Origin: Mobula hypostoma
Lineage: Eukaryota
Assembly (NCBI RefSeq): GCF_963921235.1
Contig: NC_086108.1
Location: forward strand, 53,570,001-53,634,000
Direction: 5' to 3'
Length of the DNA stretch: 64,000 nucleotides
The notes under the pieces are model-generated. The model had not been told where the DNA came from. It did no database searches and saw only the letters and a program-made list of their open reading frames with translations. How positions within the stretch are numbered: position 1 is the stretch's first letter; every line of letters begins with the position of its first letter. Made by a program: the position numbers and the translations under genes. Of this stretch, positions 13,881 to 24,755 are shown one piece after another.

Positions 13881-14980
13881 TTCCTGACTGTCATTGAACT
13901 TGATTGTCAATTTTGAACCTCCTTTATGACTGTTGACTGTCTGTTTGGAATTACCATTATACTGCCAGTCAGTGGAAAATCTAAACTTGCCTTCTGTGGT
14001 TGCCTGAAATCCAGGAGTCAGTGGGTTAAAACTGCTTCTACCTGTTTCCTATTAGCTTGCAAGAGGAGTCAATCCGTCGTTCTCATCCACACTTCACAGT
14101 GGTGGAGGAACAGTGTGGTAAGTACCATCACTGCACAATCCGTCGTGAACAGTAACAGTTTCAAGAAAGGTATTTAGTAAAAGGCAACTGTAGAAATTGT
14201 TAATGATTGAAGTCTTTTCATCGAAATTATCTTGGCAAACAACATTCCTTGTATATATATCAGAAGATACACAGACCTACACCTGCTAATTTGTGAATAA
14301 AAGTAAATTAACTTAATAGGAGTCTAAAAGCAAATCAAATGATTTCAAGGTTCAGCCTGCAGGGAAGAAGTGCTGGATTTAGGCTGAGTGGTGCATATAA
14401 CCTTGAGACCCAAGGGAATGATTAAAGAATCCTCTCCTGTCAAATACTGAGTACCTCCAGCTGTTGAGAATAGCAGTTTGATTCACTCAAAACATAAATC
14501 ATTTTCCACACAGAAGACATAATCAAAGCTGCATGATAAACATTATTACAAGAGAAAAGAGCCACTTTGATTCCTTCTGAACACTGTGTTTATTGTAAAA
14601 TAGACTGGGAGCAATGTTGGCTTGTAGGCATGACATCAATGTCTTTTGGGGCACATCTAATTATTTACTGCTGAGGACCTAATGTTATTACAGATTTGCC
14701 TACAAGGCAATTAACTGACCTTTTAATTAGCATTTCTACATTATGCTTCATTCCACACATCACATGAGAAGATGAAGAAAGAGGACGAGGGGTAGGCCAT
14801 TCTGCCCTTGTGTCGACTAGCTTTTTTAATGAAATCACTTTGATTTCTATCACAGTGTCATTTTCCTGAACTATCCTCTTATCCCATGATCCCTTTCAAT
14901 GTGCAAGTGTCCATTAATGTTCATTGAATATATATACTTAACATGTGAACATCCACAGCTCTCTTGAACCACTACTCTCT

Positions 14981-15295
14981 GGCAATGCAAAGATAGGTGA
15001 AGGGACAGCTGGAATAGTGGCATGAGGAAGTCTGCAGAAAGACATAGACAGGTTAGGAGAGTGGGCAAGAAGTGGCAGATAAAAACAAAGCAGGGAAGTA
15101 TAGGTTTATGCACTTTGGCAGGAAGAATAAAGGTACAGACTATTTTCTAAATGGGGAGAGAGTTCAGAAATCAAAAGGACTTGGAGATCCTTGTTCAGGA
15201 TTATTTTAAATTAATTTGCAGGTTGAGTTGGTATTAAGGAAGGTAAATGCAATATATGCAGTCATCTTGAGAGGACTAGAACATAAAAGCAAGAA
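14981..15295 (+). mobile_element. Decayed CR1 RT fragment
   Basis: Encodes DIDRLGEWA-, HFGRKNK- and RGLEHKSK-like segments homologous to other CR1 copies in the window. Confidence 0.8.
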
Positions 15296-15500
15296 CAAGA
15301 GAAAGTCTAAATGCTGGAAATCCAAGCAACACACACAAAATGCTGGAGGAACTCGGCAGGCCAGGCAGCATCAATGGAACAGAGCACAGTCCATTGAATA
15401 TACATACTGTCCAAATGCCTCATTTCGAGATGACTAGAACATAAAAGCAAGAATAAACGAGAGAAAATCTGCAGATGCTGGAATTCCAAGCAACACAGAC
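15293..15500 (-). mobile_element. Two Penelope-like pLTR 3'-end fragments (15293-15391, 15454-15500)
   Basis: Match the reverse complement of the pLTR tail GATGCTGCCTGGCCTGCTGAGTTCCTCCAGCATTTTGTGTGTGTTGCTTGGATTTCCAGC seen at 22280-22340 and 44521-44581. Confidence 0.8.
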
Positions 15501-16215
15501 AATTTGATTCCCGCACCCAGATCAGTAAACTAGACTGAGTACTGATCCATGCATCATTACAACTTCCTAACATAAAATGATTCTGTTTTCTGTCCATTAA
15601 TCAGTTTCAGTCCACATATTTGTATTTTCCCAATTACATGCAGTCAAAATTTGGGTGATGCCTTATCAAAGGCCAAACACATCACTTCCACTGGTCCCCT
15701 TATCAACTCTCCGAGGTAACAACTCAAAATAAAACTTTAAACATGACATCTGTTTCATAAAACCATGCTGACTCTGCATTATCTAACGTGCTGTGCTTTT
15801 GCCAGATCCCTGAATTCTATTCCTTGGTACCACAGTACAGAGTCAGCTGACTATAACTTCAGTTAAATAGTTTTGAGTGGTTACTGAGTTAATTGGGAAA
15901 GTAACAAACTACTTGTTTACATTTTTACTACTTGTAGAACTTCTTATGGTTTGTTATTTGAAATGAGTCGCAGTGTTACATGGTATGAAAACAGGGCCTT
16001 CCGCTCAACTTCCATGCCAACCAAGATGTCTCCATTTACCTGCATTTGGTCCATATCCCTCTAAATCCTTTCTATCCATGTACCTGTGTCATTGTTACTA
16101 AAATGTTATAATTGTACCCATTCGTACCACTTAGTGATGGAATCAGGTGCACATTAGCTCTGCCAGGGTTTGTGGGCCATTATTTCCAAGGTGAAACCTA
16201 ACATTATGAATGGCT

Positions 16216-16350
16216 GTCGTGAGGAAATCTGCAGATGCTGGAAATTCAAGCAACACACATCGAAATGCTGGAGGAATGCAGCAGGCCAGGCAGCATCTAT
16301 AGGAAGAAGTACAGTCGCCGTTTTGAGCCGAGACCCCTCGTCAGGACAGG
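16216..16350 (-). mobile_element. Solo Penelope-like pLTR (135 bp) with degenerate hammerhead motif at 16312-16347
   Basis: 13-bp TSD ATTATGAATGGCT at 16203-16215 and 16351-16363; minus strand reads GTC-CTGACGA-GGGGTCTCGGCTC-AAAAC-GGC-GACTG. Confidence 0.9.
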
Positions 16351-17562
16351 ATTATGAATGGCTATGATGCTTCACTCCCAGATGAATTCAACACCTTCTA
16401 TGCATGCTTTGAAAAGGAGAGTAAAAGTACACCTGTGTGAATCTCTGCAGCACCTGCCAACCTTGTGATCTCTGTCATAGAGGCTGACGTCAGAACATCC
16501 TCCAAGAGGGTGAATCCTTGCAAGCGTCAGACCCTGTTGACGTATCAGGTAGGGCACTGGCGGGAGTGTTCAAGGACATCTTCAAAATCTCACAGCTGCA
16601 TTTGGAAATAATTCTCGCCTGCTTCAAAATGGCAACAATCACGTCAGTGTGCAAGAAGAACAGGGCAAGCTGCCTCAGCAACTCCCGCCCAGTGGCACTC
16701 ACATCTACTGTGAGAGGTTGGTCATGGCTGGAATCAACTTCTGCCTAAGCAAGGACCTGGACCTGCTGCAGTTTGCCTTCTGCCACAATAGGCATTCAGT
16801 GAATGCAAGCTTACTGGCTCTTCACTCAGCCTTGGATGATCAGGACAATAGCAATACCTACATCAGGCTTCTGTTTATTGATTACAGCTCAGCATTCAAC
16901 AAAATCATAACCTCAGTTCAAATAAATAGGCTCCAAAACCTGGGTCTTCCTCCCAATAAGGAAGTCAAGGACCCTCTGCAACTGGATCCTTGATTTCCTC
17001 ATCGAGAGACCACAGTCTGTGCAGATCAAAAGTAACAGCTCCTTCTTGCTGCCAATCAACACTGGCCCACGTTAAGGAAGTGTACTTAGCCCACTGCTCT
17101 ACTGTCTCTGCACCTATGACTGTGTGGCTCGGCACAGCTCAAATGCCATCTTTAAATTTTCCATTGACACAACAATTGCTGGCAGAATTTCAGATGGTGA
17201 CAAGGAGATGTACAGGAGTGAGATTGATCATCTGGTTAAGTGGGGTCACAACAATCTTGCATTCAATGTCAGTAAGACCATAGAATTGATTGTGGACTTG
17301 AGGAAGGGGAAGTCAAGGGAATACATGCCAATCGGGAGCATTCTAACTGATTGCATCGTCTGGTATGAAAGGGCTGTTGCACAGGATTGGAAAAAGCTGC
17401 ACAAATTTGTAAACTCAGTCAACTCTATTATAGGCTCTAGCTTCCCCAGCATCCAGGACACCTCCAAGAGGCAGTGCCTCAAAAAATTTGGCATCCATCA
17501 TGAAGGACCCTCATCACCCAGGACGTTACCTTGTCTCATTTCTATCATCAAGGAGGAGGTAC

Positions 17563-18725
17563 TGACATGGTCCAGTCCGTGAAGTCCGCTTTCCGGTTCA
17601 TGGTCCAGTCCATGGACTCAGGACTCCGGGTCTTCCAGCTGTTCCTTGTTTTGGTTGGGTTAATCATAGGCACCTGACTCCCATCTTGGGGCTTGGAATA
17701 TAAGTAGCCTTGGGGTCGAGTGTGGGCTGCTGGTTTGTCTTGTCAAGATCCCCTGGGAGCAACCAGCCGGTGGAAGGCTAGAGTGACCACTTGCCATCTT
17801 TAAGCCGTGTTGGAGAACCATCGCTTCATGAAGCCTTGCTGTCAGTAGTCGGAGCTGTCTTTGCGGTATGGATTCGGCCGTTTCCCAGGCCAGCTGAGTG
17901 GCCGTCAGCCACTCTGAGCTAGGTAGGGATCTGGCTGTTTCCGTAGGCAGCTGAGGTTGCTGGCCGTAACTGCGACTTGGAGCTACCCCAATGCAGAGAT
18001 AGAACTGTCTGTCGTTCTTTGGTATTTGTCTCTTCTTGTCCTCACCTTTGTGGGGTAAGTCAGGCCGTTCTGTCGTTGCCCTGTGGGGGGATCTGTCTTG
18101 TCTTGTCCTTGCCTCTGTGGGGTAAGTCAGGCCGTGCTGCCGTTGCCCTGCGTGGGGATCTGTCTTGTCTTGTCTTTGCCTCTGTTGGGTAAGTCTGGCC
18201 GTTCTGCCGTTACCCGATGGATGGACCTGTCCCACCTTGGTGTGGAGATAAAGATGAGTCCTGGCTTTTCGAAGGGTTAGTCCCGGCTCTATGCTGATGT
18301 TCAGTTCCCAGTCTGTCTCAGAGCTCCAGCCTCTGAGTTATCAGCCTCCGCATTTCAGGACCCCAGGCTTCAGGACCCCAAGCCTCTAGACCCCAGCCAC
18401 GTCATGTCCTTACCTGGTTCTGGGGTCCGAGCCTAAAGCAAGACCCAGGTTCTGGGTCCTTGTCCAGTCTCTGGCTCGGAGTCTAAGCACAGGGTCCTAG
18501 TTCATGGTTCCTAGTCCTGGTCCCTCTTTCCGAAGCCCAGGCTCCTAGTTCATAGTTCCTTGTCCGATTTCCCTGTCTAGTCCATGTCCTAGCCCAAGTC
18601 TGCGTTCTTGTCCCTGCTCCTTGTCTGTATCCTGTCACGTCCCCTACTCTAGTCAAGTCCTGTTCCTAGTACTTCAGTGTCTGTGTCTTGCATTTGGGTC
18701 CGTTCCCAGTACCCACCTTGTGACA
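17563..18725 (+). mobile_element. Solo LTR (1163 bp), probably Gypsy-type
   Basis: TG...CA termini (TGACAT...GTGACA); 5-bp TSD GGTAC at 17558-17562 and 18726-18730; interrupts a Rex1 LINE; TATA-like ATATAAG near 17698. Confidence 0.9.
18028..18230 (+). repeat. Tandem repeat, 67-bp unit x3, inside the solo LTR
   Basis: Units start at 18028, 18095 and 18162; each contains GGGTAAGTC. Confidence 0.92.
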
Positions 18726-20526
18726 GGTACAGGAGCCTGAAGACACACACTTAGTGTTTAGGAACTGCCTCTTCCCCTCTGCCCTCAGATTTCTGAGTGG
18801 ACAGTGAACCCATGTACAATATCTCACTGATTTTTGTTCTCTTTTTGAATACTTATTTAATTACATAATTCATTGAATTACTGTAATTCATCGTTTTTTA
18901 TTATTATGCATTGCAGTATACTGCTGCAAAACAACAAATCTCATGACTTGTGCTATTGGTATTAAACGATTCTGAATCACCTTTTTTTCTGAATGATTGT
19001 TCCATATATCCACCAGTCTCTGTGTGCAAACACTTGCCTCTCAGTCCCCTTTAAATCTTCTCTCACACCCCCCCCCCCCACCGCTCCCACTTTAAGTGTA
19101 TGTCTTCTAGTTTTAGATTCTGCTGCCCCTGGGAAAAAGATTGTGACTATCTACCCTATCTATGCCCCTCAACTTTACCCCTCAGTCTCCTCTGCTCTAG
19201 TAAAAAACTGTCTCAGACATTCCAGTCTCTCCTGATAACTAAAGACCTCCAGTCCCAGCAACTGCACCCTCCCAAGCTTAACCTAATCCTTCCTACACTG
19301 TAGTGAATATGAAAGTAATAGCAACTTCCTTTGCCTAACAGAGCTCTTGGAGATCACTGCTGAATTTCATCAGCTGATAATTCATTTAATTATCACATGT
19401 ACACTGAAACATGCAGTGAAATGTGTCATTTGCTTTAACAGCCAGCACTCCCAAGTGGCACCACACATCTTTCCGGCACCAACATAGATTAGTTCCATGC
19501 TAGGGTACAACAGTCCACTGTTGATTCTCAGATGGCAAAGGGTGAGGAATCTGCCCCTGCCCCTCCCCCCAAAGAGAGCTAACTACTGAGAAGGTTGTTG
19601 CATGCCTTGCCTGTTATTGCTGTCTTCCTGAGCTAGGATGTGTGCAATTTGATAGGATGCTCAGTGTTTTCTTAGTCCGGAGTTATAATACAGTCTTGCT
19701 TGTACTGGGCTAATAGTACCATGTCTTGCAAACTTTTTTGCATGGTTATTACTCAGAGTCTTTTACAGATTCAGAATTACCAAACCTGGGATGCACGGTA
19801 GATCCCATCTGCACAAGTGGAGTCAATGTGTGGAATCCAGATATGCTCTCTGTACAGGGTGTCTGGCAGATGCCACATATCAAACGTGTGGTGTACACAA
19901 GAAAGGGACTCCACTCCCTTGGTATCCAGCAGGTCAATGTCCGAAAACCAGCAATTGCAGTAATTGCAGAAAAGCAGCAATTGTTATGCTTTTGTTCTCT
20001 ACCAATCCACAGCACTTTATGAATTTAAACCACTGCATCAAACCATTGGCTGGCTAATGGGTGGCAAGAGGTACTTACTGATTACTTGGTGTGTGACGCT
20101 GGTATGCCATCCAAGCTCATGTGGGCAACGTGCACAAGACCAATGCTGCGATGTCGGTCAAAACTTGAGTGAGCAGACAACTGTCCTGCTGAAACAGTCT
20201 GAATCTCTCTGGGAGAGTCTTTCAATACTCAACAGAGCAGATGTGAAGATCTGTTGTGGTTTACTATTGATGACACCAGGACGACTCAGTTCTTGCCATT
20301 CTTCCCAGGGTAAGGGAAATCTAAAACTGCTTTAATGGTGAAAGGGGAAAATTCTTGATGGGACCTGAGAGGCAAACAACTGTGGGACAAGAGGTAGATG
20401 GAGCGGAGGCTGATGATAAGCAGCACACCCAACTACGATGCCGGTTAACACAGCCCTAACTCTTCATTCAACAGCAGTTCCATTTTGCATGAAACTGAAT
20501 GTCACACCTTTCACTTGAAAGCAATG

Positions 20527-20860
20527 CAAGATAATAAGAGGAATAGATAGAGTGGATAGACAGCGCCTCTTCCCCAGGGCACCGCTGCTCAATACAAGAG
20601 GACATGGCTTTGAGGTAAGGGGTGGGAAGTTCAAGGGGGATATTAGAGGAAGGTTTTTTACTCAGAGAGTGGTTGGTGCGTGGAATGCACTGCCTGAGTC
20701 GGTGGTGGAGGCAGATACACTAGCAAAATTTAAGAGACTACTAGACAGGTATATGGAGGAATTTAAGGTGGGGGCTTATATGGGAGGCAGGGTTTGAGGG
20801 TCGGCACAAAATTGTGGGCCGAAGGGCCTGTACTGTGCTGTACTATTCTATGTTCTATGT
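20527..20860 (+). mobile_element. Young CR1 3'-end insertion (same subfamily as 2245-4301)
   Basis: ORF 20552-20797 is almost identical to the C-terminus of ORF 2301-2795; TATTCTATGTTCTATG tail. Confidence 0.95.
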
Positions 20861-21056
20861 AAAAATAAAGCAATAACGTATAAACCACACATAAATATGC
20901 CTAATGACATACTTATCATTTGTTGTCTTTTGCTTGTCCTGTTGTTCTTCTGCAGTGTTGTCTCAGTGGCTACAGTGTGGCTGCTTGAGGCTCCTGCCTT
21001 CTATGTTAGGATACTGCAGGTGATCTTGGAGCACAAAGCTGAGTAGCAATAGGTCA

Positions 21057-22363
21057 AGCAAAGCACACAAAATACTGGACGAACTCAGCGGGCCGGGCAG
21101 CATAAATGAAAAAAATACAGTTGATGTTTCAGGCCGAGACCCTTCAGCAGGACTGGAGAAAAAGAGAAAAAAGCCGAGGAGTAGACTAAAAGGTGGGGGG
21201 AGGGGAGAGAGAAGCACAAGTTGGTGGGTGAAACCTGAAGGGGCGAGATGAAGTAAAGAGCTGGGAAGCCGATTGGTGAAAGAGATGCAGGGCAGCGAGG
21301 GGGGAGTCTGACACAGGTCACGGAAGAAAGAAAAGGTTGGAGGAGCACCAGAGGGAGGCAAAGGCGGGGGGGGGGGGCAAGGAGATAAGGTGAGAGAGGA
21401 AAATGGTGAAGGAGAGGGGTGGGGGCATTACTGGAAGTTCAAAAAAAACCGATGTTCATGCCACCAGGTTGGAGGCCACCCAGACGGAACATAAGGTGTT
21501 GCTCCTCCAAACTCAGTGTGGATTCATCACGACAGTGGAGGAGGCCATGGATAGACATATTGGAATGGGAATGAGAATGGTAAGTGGAATTAAAATGGGT
21601 GGCCACTGGGAGATCCTGTTTTTTTCTGGTGGATGGAGCTTAGGTGCTCAGAAAAGCAGTTTCCCAATCTATGTTGGGTCTCACCGATATATAGGAGGCC
21701 ACACCAGGAGCACCGGACACAATATATGACCAGACAGACTCACAGGTGAAGTGAAGTGAAGGTCCTGAATGGTATTGAGGGAGGAGGTGTCGGGGCAAGC
21801 TTGCAAGGGTAAGTGCCAGGAGGGAGATCAGTGGGGAAGGACGAGTGGACAAGAGAGTTACATAGGGAGCGATCCCTGTGGAAACAGAAAGTGGAGGGGA
21901 GGGAAAGATGTGTTTGGTGGTGGGATCCCGCTGGAGATGGCGGAAGTTGCAAAGAATTATTTGCTGGACACGGAGGCTGGTGGGGCGGTAGGTGAGGACA
22001 AGTGGCACCCTATCGTTAGTCAGGTGGCGGGAGGATGTGGTGAGAGCGGACACACGTAAAATGGCAGAGATGCAGTTGAGGGCAGTGTTGATGGTGGAGA
22101 AAGGGAAGCTCTTTTCTTTGAAGAAGGAGGACATCGCCTTCATTCTGGAATGTAAAGCCTCATCCTGAGAACAGATACGGCAGAGACGGAGGAATTGAGA
22201 GAAGGGGATCACATTTTTCACACACGTCTGCTCTCAGCCCATCCTCCTGCCACCCGAAATCACTGTACTTTTTTCCATAGATGCTGCCTGGCCTGCTGAG
22301 TTCCTCCAGCATTTTGTGTGTGTTGCTTGGATTTCCAGAACCTGCAGATTTTCTCTTGTTTGT
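21057..22363 (-). mobile_element. 5'-truncated Penelope-like element (RT thumb/linker, GIY-YIG, 3' pLTR) with a short inverted pLTR at about 22253-22363
   Basis: ORF 21640-22221 has IPFSQFLRLCRICS and RVPLVLTY. Other frames give YIGET and LPVATHFNS...EEQHLMFRLG. pLTRs at both ends are inverted. Possible decayed TSD GTAGCAATAGGTCAA / GTCGTGATAGTTCAA. Confidence 0.9.
21118..21155 (-). ncRNA. Minimal type I hammerhead ribozyme motif, A6C variant, with CpG-type decay
   Basis: Minus strand reads CAGTC-CTGCTGA-A-GGGTC-TC-GGCCT-GAAAC-ATC-AACTG. Confidence 0.6.
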
Positions 22364-22414
22364 GTCGTGATAGTTCAAAGTGTACCAAATTCATACACCA
22401 TTGTTTCAGCATGA

Positions 22415-22737
22415 AAAGTCAATGTCAAGTTTATTGTCATATGCACAAGTGTAATGAAAATCTCACGCAGCAGCACCACAGGCACATAGTGTCATATCAG
22501 CTGCACTTAGAAGAAAAACACAAACATAAATTATAACAACTTTTACAAGAAAAAATGTAATTAAAACAAAAAAAATTTGCATTTTAGTACAGAGTGATCA
22601 GAATGGTCATAGCGTAGCTAAACGTATGTAATGATTAAGGATTTGCCAGCTGGTTCAAGAACTGAGTGTTTGAAAGGAAGTAGCTGTACTTAAAGCTGGT
22701 GGTGTGGGACTTCAGCTTTCGTACCTCCTGCCCAATG
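22415..22737 (-). mobile_element. Rex1/Babar 3' UTR fragment
   Basis: CAAGTTTATTGTCAT tail and GGTTCAAGAAC...CTGGTGGTGTGGGACTTCAG, homologous to 57405-57730 and 60050-60440. Confidence 0.7.
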
Positions 22738-22809
22738 AGTAGCAACAATCTGGGCTGCTAGTTGCAGCGGCCACATCTTGAAGAAGTGGAGCTGAAGAGG
22801 GGAAAAAAA

Positions 22810-22888
22810 GGATCAGCTATGATTGAATGGCGGACCAGACTCGATGGGCCAAATGGCCTAATTCTGCTCCTATGTCTTATGATCTAAT
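22810..22888 (+). mobile_element. CR1 3'-UTR stub
   Basis: Near match to the 3' end of the host CR1 at 4975-5052. Confidence 0.8.
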
Positions 22889-23289
22889 TAGGTATATTTC
22901 AATTAACTCAACTCATTCAGAATGTTAGTTCATCTGGAGCTGACTCCAAGACTGCTCTTCTCTGGTGAAATGAATGGACTTTCAAAATCACTTTGCTTTC
23001 ACATGAGTTACATTGTTGATGATTATTTCAAAATTGCTTGCACTTTGGAAGGGCAATCCTAAAAAATTAATCCTCCAATGACCATATCAGTCAGAAATAC
23101 ATAGTTGTTTGTCAAGTGTGTTCGTCATCAGATTTCAAATCTGCTACTACCTGACCTGATTTGCCATTGGTTTGTAAATGTTCAAAGCATTTGCACTTGT
23201 CTATTTGTTTTATACTATTGATGTAATTGATCAAATTAATGCCTTTGTGGTTTTTCTGAATAAACCCATAATAGGTTCTGTACTATTAA

Positions 23290-23400
23290 GACACTGCCCT
23301 GAAGAAGACAATGGCAAACCACTTCTGTCAAAAAATTTGCCAAGAACAATCATTGTCACGGAAAGACTATGATTGCCATGTCATACGACATGGCAAATAA
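23290..23400 (+). mobile_element. RTE-clade LINE/SINE 3'-end fragment
   Basis: AGAAGACAATGGCAAACCACTTCTG...TTTGCCAAGAACAATCAT resembles the RTE/BovB-type 3' end. Confidence 0.6.
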
Positions 23401-23740
23401 CAAGTCAATGAACTATTAAGTGAATGACAGTTGAATGGATCATTTGGTGGAGTTCTCAAACCACAGATCTAGAAGATCTCAAGTTCATTTTTTAGTCTAT
23501 GATCTCAACAAGACAAAGAGTGTCATTAGCCACACATTGATAGAATGCTAATGCCTGCAGAACTAATGGCCACTACCTTCAACAAGAAGAGGGGAAAGAT
23601 TATTGAAAAATTCACAACAGCTTGTTTTTTCTCCTAATGCTTTCTGCATTGTGACAATGACTTTGTTTAAAAATACTTCATTGGCTGCAAAACACTTTTG
23701 GATTTTCTAAAGCCATGAGAACCACTAGTATAAATGCAGT

Positions 23741-24755
23741 GCAGCACATGCAAAATGCTGGAGGAGCTCAGCATCTATAGAAATGAGTAAGTAGTTGATG
23801 TTTTTGTCTGAGACCCATCTTCATGGTGAAAAAGGAAGGGAGGAGACTACGGAGTAAAGTGGTGGGGTGGGGGAGGAGAAGGCTAGGTAGAAGATCAGGT
23901 GAAGCCAGGTGAGAGGGAAAGGTAAAGGGCTGGGGAAGAAGGAATCTGATAGGAGAGGAGAGTGGACCATGGAAGAAAGGGAAGAAAGAAAGGCACCAGG
24001 GGGAGATGATAGGCAAGTGAGGAGAGGTAAGAGGCAGAACAGGGAATAGAAGAAGAGGGAAGGGGGAGGGGGAGGGGAAAAATTAACAGAAGAATAAATC
24101 GATGTTTCCAGTTCCGAAGAAGGGTCTCAGCTCAAAACATTGACTGTTTATTCATGTCCATAGATGCTGCCTAACCTGCTGAGTTCCTCCAGCATTTTGT
24201 GTGTGTTGCTTTGGATTTTCACGTTTAAAATTTGCTACTCTACTGCAATGTCTCTTCGAGGGATGCCTACCCTGAAGAAGCTTAACTCATCAACAGGAGT
24301 TCAGTGAGACCTTCTCAAACTGCTCCCCTGTGTGATCTTTGCTGCCCTTTGACTCTTCAACTATGCTCTCACCTGGATTCCCAACCACAGCCACGCATTC
24401 TTCCTGGGAACTTGTCTTCAAACATCAATTTCTGTCTTCTGGCCTCTTCTCACCTGCCTATCACCTCCCCTTGGTGCCTCTCTTTCTTCCCTTTCTCCCA
24501 TGGTTCAGTCTCCTCTCCTATCAGATTCCTTCCTCTCCAGTCCTTTACCATTGCTACCCACCTTATCCTCCTTTCCCTCTCCCCACCTTTTTATTCTGCT
24601 GTTTACCCCCTCCCTTCCAGCGCTGAAGGAGGGTCTCACTCCAAAACGTGAACTGTTTATTCATTTCCATGGATGTTGCCTGACCTGCTGAATTCCTCCA
24701 CCATTTTGTGTGTGTTGCTTTGGATTTCCAGCATCTGCAGAGCTTCTCCTGTTTT
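23741..24755 (+). mobile_element. Internally deleted non-autonomous Penelope-like element: inverted pLTR, pLTR, ORF start, 3' UTR, pLTR
   Basis: 13-bp TSD GTATAAATGCAGT at 23728-23740 and 24756-24768; direct pLTR repeats with hammerhead-like motifs at 24109-24146 and 24618-24655; ATG at 24248 and an HSHAFFLGTCL remnant. Confidence 0.85.

Larger units (their letters stand above)
16165..18975 (+). mobile_element. Decayed Rex1/Babar LINE (RT to 3' tail), interrupted by a PLE solo pLTR and a solo LTR
   Basis: Peptides RPVALTST, LQFAF, RLLFIDYSSAFN and LNVSKTIELIVDLRK-like; resumes after 18730; ends ATTAAACGATTCTGA. Confidence 0.88.

Noticed and set aside
18028..18230. CRISPR-like array
   Set aside because: Whole units are repeated with no unique spacers; it lies in a eukaryotic LTR with no cas genes.
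17660..18235. 191-aa ORF as a novel gene
   Set aside because: Antisense translation of the GC-rich LTR and its tandem repeat.
19630..20335. Cluster of overlapping 67-123 aa ORFs
   Set aside because: No recognisable domain; compatible with chance ORFs or an unrecognised old repeat.
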